A stretch of DNA of 64,000 nucleotides from positions 23,168 through 87,167 of the forward strand of contig JBCCMK010000002.1 of assembly GCA_039026395.1 (NCBI GenBank), given 5' to 3'. The notes under the pieces were generated by a model, which was not told the origin of the DNA, searched no databases, and saw only the letters and a program-made list of their open reading frames with translations. The position numbers and the translations under genes are program-made. Shown here in pieces: positions 26,898 through 36,051 of this stretch. The stretch's first letter is position 1; every line of letters starts with the position of its first letter. The DNA comes from Pseudomonadota bacterium. Lineage in GTDB: Bacteria; Pseudomonadota; Alphaproteobacteria; Rhizobiales; JAKSCL01.

Positions 26898-27542
26898 CTA
26901 GACGGGTAGAGCGCTCCGACCATCGCGCATCGTGCTATAATACGCCCACCAGAGGCGCGCCGCGGTACCGCGCCAGGGGCTCCAAAGCTCAGCGATTTCA
27001 ATCAGATCCTTCTCGTTTGGGCGCATTTCGAGCCCCAAGCCTTCCGCCACGGCGCTTTGAAGCGCCACGTCTCGCGCTGGGAAAAGGTCAGGGTGGCCGG
27101 CGCAAAAAAGGAGGTAAACCTCGGCGGTCCATCGCCCGATGCCGTGGAGCGCTGTTAGTGCTTCCACAGCGGTATCTGAAGGCATTTTTTCAACCGCCTC
27201 GACCGAGAACCCGTCAGCGAAGGCCGCTGCTGCTGAGATGATCGTTTTCTGCTTCGGCCGCGATAGTCCTGCTTCGCCCAGATGGTTCAGGTTAGCATTT
27301 AATATGCGATCCGGCGTGATCGGATCGAACCGTTCGACGAATCGTCCCCAGATCGCTTCGGCAGCTGCTTTTGAAACCTGTTGCGAGACGACAATTTCGC
27401 ACAGGCCCTCAAACCCGCCGGGTCTCAGCCGAAGTGGGACGTGGTTAACGGCTTCGACTATGGGGATGAGACGCGGGTCTTTGGCGGAGAGACATTCAAG
27501 CGCGTCCGCGATATCGGCTTTGCAGGTAATCCGGTTCCGCAT
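26898..27542 (-). CDS. DNA-3-methyladenine glycosylase II-like (HhH-GPD, AlkA family)
   Basis: 214 aa; HhH-GPD motif LTALHGIGRWTAEVYLLF… with a downstream catalytic Asp. Confidence 0.85.
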   Translation of the reverse strand: MRNRITCKADIADALECLSAKDPRLIPIVEAVNHVPLRLRPGGFEGLCEIVVSQQVSKAAAEAIWGRFVERFDPITPDRILNANLNHLGEAGLSRPKQKTIISAAAAFADGFSVEAVEKMPSDTAVEALTALHGIGRWTAEVYLLFCAGHPDLFPARDVALQSAVAEGLGLEMRPNEKDLIEIAELWSPWRGTAARLWWAYYSTMRDGRSALPV

Positions 27543-27577
27543 TCAGGCGCCCCAGTTTTCGGGACGCTAGAAACAAC

Positions 27578-28780
27578 CTATCCGCGACGCAAGCGGCGAA
27601 ACGCATGGCGAGCGCTGTCATGGGCGGCGTCAGATGCAGCTGCTGCCAGCATGGCTAAATGGCCAATGCCGGGTTTCAAAGCGATGTGCAATTGCCCGAC
27701 CGCCATTCGGTCTATCCAGTAGGGGTCAGCAAGCGAGTTGTCGTCGGTGGCGCACGAATCGACCAGTTTGTCACCGCGAGACAGCGCGCGAAGCGTAACG
27801 TCTTCGATCAAGAGATGCCCCGGCATGAGCGCGCTAAACGCTTCGTCGTAAGCTATCTTCCAAGTCCAACTGTGTTCGCGCTGGCGCAACATCACAAACA
27901 TCGCGATCGGATCATGGTTGAGGCACAGGCTGTGGATTTCACAGCCACCAGCTTCGATGAGACTGCCAATAACCTCGCGGAAAAAGCGTTCCGAGCGGGG
28001 ATTGGACGCCATTGCCGTTTTTTTCTCGCCCTTCCATCCGGAGGCTTCGAGTCCGAGAAATGCGTCGATCCCGGGGGTGGTTGAGTTGGGGCCCGTCGCA
28101 ACGGTGAACGTAACCTCGCCCATCTGGTCGAGCTTTTTGCGCATGCGCCTGAGCTTACTGCGCCGTTTCGCCGACCATGCGTCTTGTGCGTAGGTGTCGA
28201 AGAGGCGGCCACCTCTCAAGGTTGCCCGCGTGGTGCGCCCCGTCTCCCGCGTTTGGAGATCGAGCCGTGCAGCAACCTCCTGGATGATCGTTGCCAGATC
28301 ATCGTCGAGCGGCATCGTGTCGAGCGTGATTGCTGGGCAGTCTTCGCCCAAAACTGTGAGCGCCGTCTCGACCGTTCGCCATGGCGCATCGGCGGAGATC
28401 AATGGTACGCCGAGTGGGCTGAAGGGCGTCGCAAGAGACTTGAGCGCTTCCAACTTCGCGATCTTTAACGGTCCGCCGCGGGTCAAAAGCCAGAGGCCGA
28501 CAATGCAGTCATTGTCCATCGGGTCGCGGATCACGAGCGCTTCTATGTTGAGATCCGGAATGAGATCCTGAAGCCCCCAAACGAAGAGCGGGTCGCAAAA
28601 GATAGAGGGAGTGATTGCTTTGCCGATGAGCTGCCGCCAATCGGGCGCCGGTATGTCACTCGGGTCGAGGCGCTCATAGGTGAGGCCAGTCTCGTTGAGG
28701 AATCCGACACCGCCTAAATCAGCGGCCGTTTTCATCTTGCCGGTCGCGGTATGCCCCGTGTCTTGGCTTTCGCTCGACAA
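27578..28780 (-). CDS. GNAT-related acetyltransferase (CelD/BcsL-like, Acetyltransf_6)
   Basis: 400 aa. The C-terminal half (…AFLGLEASGWKGEKKTAM…FFREV…) resembles the FemAB/CelD-like GNAT family. Confidence 0.7.
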   Translation of the reverse strand: MSSESQDTGHTATGKMKTAADLGGVGFLNETGLTYERLDPSDIPAPDWRQLIGKAITPSIFCDPLFVWGLQDLIPDLNIEALVIRDPMDNDCIVGLWLLTRGGPLKIAKLEALKSLATPFSPLGVPLISADAPWRTVETALTVLGEDCPAITLDTMPLDDDLATIIQEVAARLDLQTRETGRTTRATLRGGRLFDTYAQDAWSAKRRSKLRRMRKKLDQMGEVTFTVATGPNSTTPGIDAFLGLEASGWKGEKKTAMASNPRSERFFREVIGSLIEAGGCEIHSLCLNHDPIAMFVMLRQREHSWTWKIAYDEAFSALMPGHLLIEDVTLRALSRGDKLVDSCATDDNSLADPYWIDRMAVGQLHIALKPGIGHLAMLAAAASDAAHDSARHAFRRLRRG

Positions 28781-28790
28781 ACCTTAAGCC

Positions 28791-30203
28791 TCATTGCTCT
28801 TCCGCGCTTTGCCGATGCCAAACCATGACATTCAGGCCGAGATCGCGCTTTGCAGCAAGGGCGAGCAATATTGATTCCAGAACGTAGGCCAAAGTGGTCG
28901 CGATCGCGGCGCCATAGACCCCATAGGTCGGGATCAGCAGTAAATTCAGCGTGATATTTGTACAAAACGCGAACATATAGATGCGAGCGCAGGCGTTTTG
29001 ATGGCCCGTCACGTTCAAAAGGCGTTCCATCGGGCCGACCGACGCGCGGGCGAGATGCCCTACCGCCAATATGAACATAATTGGATAACCATAGACGAAC
29101 TCTTCGCCGAAGAACGACAGAAGGAACTGACCGGCAAGCAGAATGACGATTGTGCCAAAGAGAGACGGCCAAAACGTCCAAGCAATGGATCGTCGCACAA
29201 ATTGCTGCAACCGCACGTGATCGCCACGGGCATGGTACTCAGAATATCTTGCAGCACTCGCGGCTGCCACGGCGAAGGTGACGAAGCTTACGAGTGCGAG
29301 CGTCTTTGCGGCCGCAAAGTAGACACCAGTTTGTTCGGGTGTCCCCAGAATGCTGATCAGCAAGACGTCGGCGTTGAACATGAAAAGTGCGAACGCGTCG
29401 ACCAGCGTGATCGGCAGGGATTGCTTCGTCCAGTAGACCGATCGGACCTCCTTTGGCCCGCGATCGACGACTTTTCGGAGCCGTCGTGCGGTCAAGACGA
29501 CCTGAACGACCGCTGCCGCCCAAAGCGTTACGATTGAGATGTAGAGTGCGTTTACGGCGGTCGCTTCAAAGCCGGACTGGGACGCAGCGACCATGATGAC
29601 CAAAAGGAGCGCAGGACGCACTATGTAGGCGGGTATCAGCGCGAGGCCCATCCAATTATGGGCGCGGCAGATGCCGTCATGGACTTCCATGACGGTGTAA
29701 AGAGGCAGGCAAGTGCAGGCGAGTATGAGCGGGACCAGGTAGTAGACCGGGATGACATCGCCGAGCAACCAAACGAGCCCCGCACCAATCGCCGCCAACG
29801 CTGTGCTCGATGCCAGTGGTATGAACCGGCCCGCGAATAGGATGCCTCTCAAAAGATTGTTTTCGCCCCGTTCGCGGTACTCCGGAACAAAGCGTTGTAT
29901 CGAGAGCGTAAAGCCAAGGGACGCGATGCCGCCGACGACGAGCACTAAGGCCCAAACGAAAACGAAAATGCCGTACTCAAATGTGCCGAGCCATCGGGCG
30001 ATCAGGATTTGCGACAGGTAGATGAGCCCAGCGCTCGCCACGCGAATTCCAAAGGCAAAGCCCGCCGCGCGCTGGGTTTTCTGGTCGTCATGCTGGCTTG
30101 TTAGGAGTGTGCGAAGCGCGGCGGCACCCCGGCCGATGAGCCCTTTTCCAAAGCTCGGCATATGCCGACCCGTATCGTCGGGTCCGGGGAACACATCTGC
30201 CAC
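28791..30203 (-). CDS. Polysaccharide/oligosaccharide flippase (MOP/Wzx-type polysaccharide biosynthesis protein)
   Basis: 470 aa, about 12-14 TM helices, MOP-like repeats. Confidence 0.8.
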   Translation of the reverse strand: MADVFPGPDDTGRHMPSFGKGLIGRGAAALRTLLTSQHDDQKTQRAAGFAFGIRVASAGLIYLSQILIARWLGTFEYGIFVFVWALVLVVGGIASLGFTLSIQRFVPEYRERGENNLLRGILFAGRFIPLASSTALAAIGAGLVWLLGDVIPVYYLVPLILACTCLPLYTVMEVHDGICRAHNWMGLALIPAYIVRPALLLVIMVAASQSGFEATAVNALYISIVTLWAAAVVQVVLTARRLRKVVDRGPKEVRSVYWTKQSLPITLVDAFALFMFNADVLLISILGTPEQTGVYFAAAKTLALVSFVTFAVAAASAARYSEYHARGDHVRLQQFVRRSIAWTFWPSLFGTIVILLAGQFLLSFFGEEFVYGYPIMFILAVGHLARASVGPMERLLNVTGHQNACARIYMFAFCTNITLNLLLIPTYGVYGAAIATTLAYVLESILLALAAKRDLGLNVMVWHRQSAEEQ

Positions 30204-30530
30204 GTGGAGGACTCCTTAATTCCGCGCGACTTTGCGTACCAATCTCCGCTTAATTTTCAGTTCATACTTTGCGGGCGGTCGGTGGTTGATGTGCTGGAAG
30301 TCAGCCTTTACATCTCAACTGAGCGACTTTCACAGGACGCATGTAAGCAATCAAGCTATTGAAAGCGTTGGAACTATTTACGGTCGGCTGCGCTCTAAAG
30401 GCGAGCGTTTTGATGATTGCGCTTTTTTACACGGCGCCCGTGTTTAAATCTGTCGAGAGCCACATATTTTCGTGATCACTGTGGTCGCAGAGTGTCGTCC
30501 GCGCAGAGCCCCCTTTTGGAGTTTGTCCAT

Positions 30531-30758
30531 TTGACTGACGTGACGCTGGACGCGATTGGCCTTCTCTGCCCGCTCCCGGTCCTCAAAGCGAGGAAAGCAC
30601 TCAGCAGCCTTGAAGATGGCGCCATTCTAGAAGTTCGAGCGACCGACCCCGCATCGGCAATTGATATCCCGCATTTTTGTTCCGAAGCGGGACACGCTCT
30701 CTTGTCGAGCGGCAAAGAGGGTGAGGTCCTTGTCTATCGGATTAAAAAGGGTGGCTAG
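30531..30758 (+). CDS. TusA/SirA-family sulfurtransferase
   Basis: LDAIGLLCPLPVLKARKAL (CPxP motif). The frame has no ATG. TTG 30531 (GGAG 9 nt upstream) gives 75 aa; the track ORF opens at TTG 30417. Confidence 0.8.
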   Translation: MTDVTLDAIGLLCPLPVLKARKALSSLEDGAILEVRATDPASAIDIPHFCSEAGHALLSSGKEGEVLVYRIKKGG

Positions 30759-31930
30759 AGCGAGGGTCTGCGACGCGGTACTGGGATCGTCGACTGGCTA
30801 GTGGGTGTTTCTGCGCCGGTTCCGACTTCATTGGTCGCGACTATAACGGCGTCGTTTGTTGAAACGGTCTCCGCTTCGCGCACCGGGATATCTGAGGGCC
30901 GTGGAAGCGGCTCTTGGACGGGAAACGAATAGCCAAACGCGGCGAGCTGTGACGCTGCCCCATACCGCACGCGTTCAGCGGCATTGACATCGCCCGTCGC
31001 CCTTCCTCCCGGAATAGACGATACGGGTAAGACGCCATTTGCGCAGACCTTCGGCCTCAGGTTGGTGGGCGTATTGTTTGCGCCTTCGGAAATTGCGTCG
31101 GAGAGCGTGTTTTGCGTCAATCCTGAAATTCCGCTTGCTGCAAACGCCTGATCAAGCAGGTTCACGGCTGCGTCCCGTCGTTCGGCGGCGGACAATTCGC
31201 CAAGAAGAACCACACCGACCTGCCGTCCGTCCCGTTCGGCGGACCCGACAAAATTAAAGCCCGACGCACACACAAATCCGGTCTTCATGCCATTCGCTCC
31301 GGGATAGCGACCAAGAAGTGGATTGTAGGATCGCACGAGCCCGTCGCCGACACGCACGAAAGGCAGTCGATAAATAGTCCGAGCACCCGGAAACTCAGTC
31401 AAAAGAGCGGTCGAAAGCCGCGCTAAATCCCGCGCCGTCGTTACCTGTTCTGGATCGGGTAAGCCGCTTGGATTTGTAAAGTTCGACCGCGTCATGCCGA
31501 GCTGGAATGCTGCGATATTCATGTCGCGTGCGAACGCTTCGACGCTGCCTGAAAGCCCTTCAGCGACGACGACAGCAATGTCATTCGCCGATTTGACGAA
31601 GAGAAGCCGGAGTGCATCGCGCAATGCAATCGCTTGTCCCGCTCTAATCCCGATCCGGCTTGGCGGTTGCCGCGCGGCGTTCGCCGACGCTTCCAGGAGT
31701 GTGTCGAGAGTGAGCCGTCCATTGTTGACGGCTTTGAGCGCCACATAGGCCGTCATCATCTTGGTGAGAGATGCTGGATACCAGAGATCATCTGCGTTTT
31801 CTGCTTTGAGGATCTCGCCGGTTTTCACATCAAAAAGCAGCCGCGCGCCTGCCCGCGCGTCGGAAAAGTACGAACTTGCAAAAACAATCGCAGCAGTGAG
31901 TACGACGGCGAATTTCAACGACCCAAACAT
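30755..31930 (-). CDS. D-alanyl-D-alanine carboxypeptidase (peptidase S11, PBP5/6-like)
   Basis: Signal peptide, SxxK motif (PASLTKMMT), SGN-like and KTG (GMKTGF) motifs. Confidence 0.9.
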   Translation of the reverse strand: MFGSLKFAVVLTAAIVFASSYFSDARAGARLLFDVKTGEILKAENADDLWYPASLTKMMTAYVALKAVNNGRLTLDTLLEASANAARQPPSRIGIRAGQAIALRDALRLLFVKSANDIAVVVAEGLSGSVEAFARDMNIAAFQLGMTRSNFTNPSGLPDPEQVTTARDLARLSTALLTEFPGARTIYRLPFVRVGDGLVRSYNPLLGRYPGANGMKTGFVCASGFNFVGSAERDGRQVGVVLLGELSAAERRDAAVNLLDQAFAASGISGLTQNTLSDAISEGANNTPTNLRPKVCANGVLPVSSIPGGRATGDVNAAERVRYGAASQLAAFGYSFPVQEPLPRPSDIPVREAETVSTNDAVIVATNEVGTGAETPTSQSTIPVPRRRPSL

Positions 31931-31992
31931 GCGGTGTCGCTACGCTATTCGCGATCGACCTTCAATCACCAAACCGAGATCCGTTTAGCTGA

Positions 31993-33669
31993 TCACGCGA
32001 CATTGTTGAGGGCTTCCAGTTCCTCTGGATATTCAGGAAGAACCTCTTCAACGTCGTCAGCGATGGGAAGTGTGAAGGCGACACGGTTTGAGGATTTTTT
32101 CCCCGATGTCGCAACGATCTGACCGCCGGCGGATCGAATGAGCTTGGTGAGCGCGGCCAGCAGGATATGCGCCTCTGGCACCGGCGCGATCTCATTGTCC
32201 TCGGGCGGATCGATCGTCCGCTCTGAGATGATGAGGAGCAATTGCGTCGTCGTTTGCGGTCGGGAGGTGATCTGGATGCGCGTTGCGTCGCTTTTGCTGC
32301 GCATTCTGACCATCGACAAAGCATGTGAGAAGAGCGAGTCCGCCACTGTTGCGTCAACTTTGAGCGCTGGCAATACGCCGTGGCGAAGAGACCGCTCGGT
32401 CATGAGGTTTTGATCGATGGACACCCGATACCAACGAGCGACGATCTGATCCGGGAAGGTGCGCGTGGAATCCGGCACAGATTTGCGGCTGCCATCGGTG
32501 TCGATGATGGTGAGGCACGCATCGAGAAGGGTCTTCAGTTCGGCTTCGCGTTGCTGATGGCGTGTTACGTCTGCCTGAAGTGTGTCGCGCTCCATTCTAA
32601 GATCTGAGATCTCTTCCTCGATCTGCTGCAGGGTGTTGAAGATCAGGAAGTACCGACGAACATTTCCTTCAATGTCCCGGATCGCGTGCGCACCAACCAC
32701 GCAACGCACCCAGTCATCGCCTCTCTTTAGTTCAGCGACGCCGCTGAATGTTTCCGCGTCGACGATCTTTCGTACCGAAGCGATCCCGTCTGATTTTCGG
32801 ATGATCTCAGTTTCGTAGCTCTCAATATCTGATGGGCTTGAAAACCCGAAGAACGAGAGCGCTGCGTCGTTTGCCGCCAGCACGCGGTCGGATGCACTGA
32901 AGACAATCAAGCCCATGGGCATTTCTTCCTGGAGCGCGATCGCGTTTGAGAGGTCTTCCTCGAATGTGCTCGTTAGCAAGTAAAATATGCGGTCGATGGC
33001 GCGACCGAGATCACCGATTTCGTCGTCACGTTTAAACTTTACGACGTGGTTGATCGCCTCGTGTGGACTGTGGCGGGCAGCCATTGTGGAGGTGTGCAGA
33101 TGCCTCAGCGGCATCACCAGCGAAATCGCGATCATGACCGTGGTTAAAATCGTCGTTGAGACGGAAAATGCGGCGATAACGGCTGCTGTTCTGCGCGTAT
33201 CCTCGTTGATAGACCGCCACATATCGTCAACCGCGACGCGCACGACCACGCCGAATGGCAACTCAACCTCGTCGGGATCAATGAAGAACTCAAGGCTCGC
33301 ATTGTCCTTCACGAACTGTCGTTCAATTTGGTCGAGCCGGACATCTCGCCAGGTCAGAGTGGTCCGCTCTCCTGAGAAGACTTCCGGATCTCCCACTGAA
33401 TTTACGAAAGTGAGCCCTTCAATCGGAGAGACCCGGATGAGATGGTCCGATAGGTCGACCAATTGCTCAAATGTGGGGTATTTGCGTTCATCGATTGCCG
33501 CTCGAATTGAGACAATCGTATTGTTCTCAAGCCGTTCGATGTGAGCGCCGCGCACATCGAAATGCCCAGCACTCGTCATGGCGATACCGACTATCGCGCA
33601 GGCAAGCGTCATCACCAACGCCACGGAAAGCGTGATGCGCGAAATAAAGACGCGAAATAGCATGGCCAT
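31993..33669 (-). CDS. Membrane sensor with HAMP and PAS-like domains and a degenerate histidine-kinase-like C-terminus
   Basis: Two TM helices flank a ~150-aa periplasmic domain. These are followed by a HAMP-like segment (…DEIGDLGRAIDRIF), a PAS-like region, a coiled coil and an HATPase_c-like tail (…NRVAFTLPI). No H-, N- or G1-boxes are recognisable. ATG 33669 chosen. Confidence 0.7.
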   Translation of the reverse strand: MAMLFRVFISRITLSVALVMTLACAIVGIAMTSAGHFDVRGAHIERLENNTIVSIRAAIDERKYPTFEQLVDLSDHLIRVSPIEGLTFVNSVGDPEVFSGERTTLTWRDVRLDQIERQFVKDNASLEFFIDPDEVELPFGVVVRVAVDDMWRSINEDTRRTAAVIAAFSVSTTILTTVMIAISLVMPLRHLHTSTMAARHSPHEAINHVVKFKRDDEIGDLGRAIDRIFYLLTSTFEEDLSNAIALQEEMPMGLIVFSASDRVLAANDAALSFFGFSSPSDIESYETEIIRKSDGIASVRKIVDAETFSGVAELKRGDDWVRCVVGAHAIRDIEGNVRRYFLIFNTLQQIEEEISDLRMERDTLQADVTRHQQREAELKTLLDACLTIIDTDGSRKSVPDSTRTFPDQIVARWYRVSIDQNLMTERSLRHGVLPALKVDATVADSLFSHALSMVRMRSKSDATRIQITSRPQTTTQLLLIISERTIDPPEDNEIAPVPEAHILLAALTKLIRSAGGQIVATSGKKSSNRVAFTLPIADDVEEVLPEYPEELEALNNVA

Positions 33670-33731
33670 TGGGTCGACCCGGCAGTCCAATTGTTGGAAA
33701 GGTTGTAAACGCTGGCGCTTACTGCCCGCTT

Positions 33732-33758
33732 AACCCTGTTATCAAGGGTTTGGTTTTT
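33732..33758 (+). promoter_or_regulatory. Terminator-like hairpin in the divergent sensor/SDR intergenic region
   Basis: AACCCT-GTTATCA-AGGGTT followed by TGGTTTTT. Just downstream is CTGACC-TAT-CTGACC-GAT-CTGA (33763-33784), a period-9 direct repeat. Confidence 0.4.
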
Positions 33759-33800
33759 CGACCGCTGACCTATCTGACCGATCTGAAAACGAGGGAGCCC

Positions 33801-34634
33801 ATGAGCCAAAAGACGATCCTCATCACCGGATGTTCCACGGGCATCGGCCATCACTGCGCGCTCGGGATGCGCGACCGAGGCTGGCGCGTGTTCGCGACTG
33901 CACGAACGCCCGAAGATATTTCGAAGCTCGAAGGCGAAAGCCTCGAAGCTCTCCATCTCGACTACGCGGACGCTCAATCCATTGAGGCGTGCGCAAATGC
34001 CGTCTTGGAAAAGACCGACCGCGATCTCTTTGCTCTCTTCAACAATGGCGCCTATGGGCAGGGTGGGGCGGTCGAAGATTTGCCAACCGACGTCCTAAGG
34101 CAGCAGTTTGAGGCGAATTTCTTCGGTTGGCACGATCTGACGACCAGGCTCCTGCCGCACATGATCGAGCGCCGGTCCGGACGCATTGTTCAAAACTCTT
34201 CAGTGCTGGGCTTGGTTGCGCTCAAGTTTCGCGGGGCCTATAACGCCTCGAAGTTTGCGCTTGAGGGGCTCACCAACACGATGCGCCTGGAGCTGGCTGA
34301 CACGGGCGTTGCTGTTTCGTCGATTGAGCCCGGGCCTATCACGTCGCGGTTCGGGCACAATGCAGATCGAATCTTCAAAGAAACGATCGACATTGAAAAC
34401 TCTCGGTTTTCCGGTCGATACAAGCGATCACTTGAAAATGGACCCGATGCCCCTGGACCGAATGATCGTTGGCGACTTGGGCCGGACGCTGTCTTCAAAA
34501 AGCTCATCCACGCGGTGGAGAGCTCAAACCCGAAACCGCATTACTTTGTGACAACGCCGACCTATTTGATGGATGTCGCACGTCGTACCCTCCCGCCGCG
34601 CATTTTAGACCGGCTACTCGACAGCGTGTCTTGA
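33801..34634 (+). CDS. Short-chain dehydrogenase/reductase (SDR)
   Basis: ILITGCSTGIGHH and YNASKFALEG motifs. ATG 33801 is preceded by GAGGGA; the track ORF is extended 5' to 33669. Confidence 0.9.
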   Translation: MSQKTILITGCSTGIGHHCALGMRDRGWRVFATARTPEDISKLEGESLEALHLDYADAQSIEACANAVLEKTDRDLFALFNNGAYGQGGAVEDLPTDVLRQQFEANFFGWHDLTTRLLPHMIERRSGRIVQNSSVLGLVALKFRGAYNASKFALEGLTNTMRLELADTGVAVSSIEPGPITSRFGHNADRIFKETIDIENSRFSGRYKRSLENGPDAPGPNDRWRLGPDAVFKKLIHAVESSNPKPHYFVTTPTYLMDVARRTLPPRILDRLLDSVS

Positions 34635-34665
34635 TCCGCAACCAACGCCAAACCGTAACGCAGTC

Positions 34666-35208
34666 ATGACCAACACAGACACATCCGACACTTTTATTTC
34701 TGAGTACGCGACCGCGCCGAGAGCCAAATCCGGCACGAAGTCGTGGCTCATGCTTTGCGTTTTCGTGGTTGGCGCGCTCACCGCGGGATCCGTCGGGTCG
34801 CTTTTTACGGGCGCTGAGCTCGATGGTTGGTATCGCGAAATTGCAAAACCGGCCTTTACGCCGCCGGATTGGGTGTTTCCGATCGCGTGGACATATCTAT
34901 TCGTGACGATGGGCATCGCTGCCTGGCTTGTCTGGCGGGCGCCGTTCACTGGGCCGGAGAAGACCTTTGCGCTCAGGGCCTATTGGGCGCACTTCATCGT
35001 GAATGTCGGCTGGTCTGCTGCATTTTTCTGGCTCACGTCGCCCGCGCTTGGTTCTGTCGTGGCGGCGGTCCTTTTTGGCGCGGTCACTTGGGTCGCGCTT
35101 CTTTTTGCCCGTATTCGACCGCTGGCTGGCGTTTTGTTTGTTCCCTATGCGCTTTGGGTTGCCTTTGCCACGCTCCTCACAGTAACGATCTGGTTCATGA
35201 ACGCGTAA
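34666..35208 (+). CDS. tspO: TspO/MBR tryptophan-rich sensory protein
   Basis: 180 aa, 5 TM helices, WY..L.KP.F.PP.WVFPIAWT.LY motif. Confidence 0.9.
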   Translation: MTNTDTSDTFISEYATAPRAKSGTKSWLMLCVFVVGALTAGSVGSLFTGAELDGWYREIAKPAFTPPDWVFPIAWTYLFVTMGIAAWLVWRAPFTGPEKTFALRAYWAHFIVNVGWSAAFFWLTSPALGSVVAAVLFGAVTWVALLFARIRPLAGVLFVPYALWVAFATLLTVTIWFMNA

Positions 35209-35241
35209 GCGCTCGCTAACGATCAGCGTACCGAGGCAGTG

Positions 35242-35433
35242 ATGGGATCCGTACTTGAGTTTATTGCACCCATCGCTGTGATCGCGGTCGCAATCGTCTT
35301 GCTTCTCGGCCTTTGGAACATGATGCGCGGCGGATCGTCCAACACCTCGCAAAAGCTCATGCGGTGGCGCGTCGGTCTCCAATTCCTCGCGGTCGTCATC
35401 GTCATGGCGGCGCTTTACTTCTCCACGCGTTAA
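35242..35433 (+). CDS. HIG1-domain small membrane protein (twin-TM helix protein)
   Basis: 63-64 aa with two TM helices and a central …MMRGG…SQKLMRWRVGLQ typical of the HIG_1_N family. Start is GTG 35239 or ATG 35242. Confidence 0.75.
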   Translation: MGSVLEFIAPIAVIAVAIVLLLGLWNMMRGGSSNTSQKLMRWRVGLQFLAVVIVMAALYFSTR

Positions 35434-35442
35434 GGCGGCACC

Positions 35443-36027
35443 ATGGTTGTTCTCAACAAGATCTACACAAAGACTGGCGACGACGGCACAACAGCGCTTG
35501 GCACCGGTGAGCGGGTCGCAAAGTCGAGTGTGAGAGTGACCGCTTACGGCACCGTTGACGAAACCAATTCGCACATTGGGGTCGCGCGCCTTTATGCGAC
35601 TGACCCGGACCTTGCTGACCTCAACGAAATGCTCGGGCGCATTCAAAACGATCTTTTTGATCTCGGCGCAGACCTCTGCACGCCCGACACAGGGCAAGAC
35701 CTTGGTTACGAGCCGTTGCGGATCGTGGAGGCTCAAGTCAAGCGCATCGAAAGCGAGATCGACACGCTCAACGCGGACCTCGAAACGCTTCGCTCGTTCG
35801 TCTTGCCCGGCGGCACGGCGGTCGCCGCGCATCTCCACGTGGCAAGGACGGTGGCCCGACGCGCGGAGCGGCTGATGGTCGAACTTGCAACTGATGAGAC
35901 TGAGCCGGTTTCCAAACCTGCGATGACCTACGTCAATCGGCTATCAGACTTCCTGTTTGTCGCGAGCCGGTATGCCAACGCCAAGTCGACCGGTGACGTT
36001 CTTTGGGTGCCAGGTGCAAACCGATAG
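35443..36027 (+). CDS. PduO-type ATP:cob(I)alamin adenosyltransferase
   Basis: IYTKTGDDGTTAL N-terminal motif and length of 194 aa. Confidence 0.9.
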   Translation: MVVLNKIYTKTGDDGTTALGTGERVAKSSVRVTAYGTVDETNSHIGVARLYATDPDLADLNEMLGRIQNDLFDLGADLCTPDTGQDLGYEPLRIVEAQVKRIESEIDTLNADLETLRSFVLPGGTAVAAHLHVARTVARRAERLMVELATDETEPVSKPAMTYVNRLSDFLFVASRYANAKSTGDVLWVPGANR

Positions 36028-36051
36028 CTTTCATGCGGCTGGCTGACTGAC

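Noticed and set aside
34897-35838. 313-aa minus-strand ORF spanning tspO, the HIG1 gene and the adenosyltransferase gene
   Set aside because: It is antisense to three well-supported genes. The product is Arg/Asp/His-rich with no domain-like sequence, which is a typical shadow ORF in high-GC DNA.
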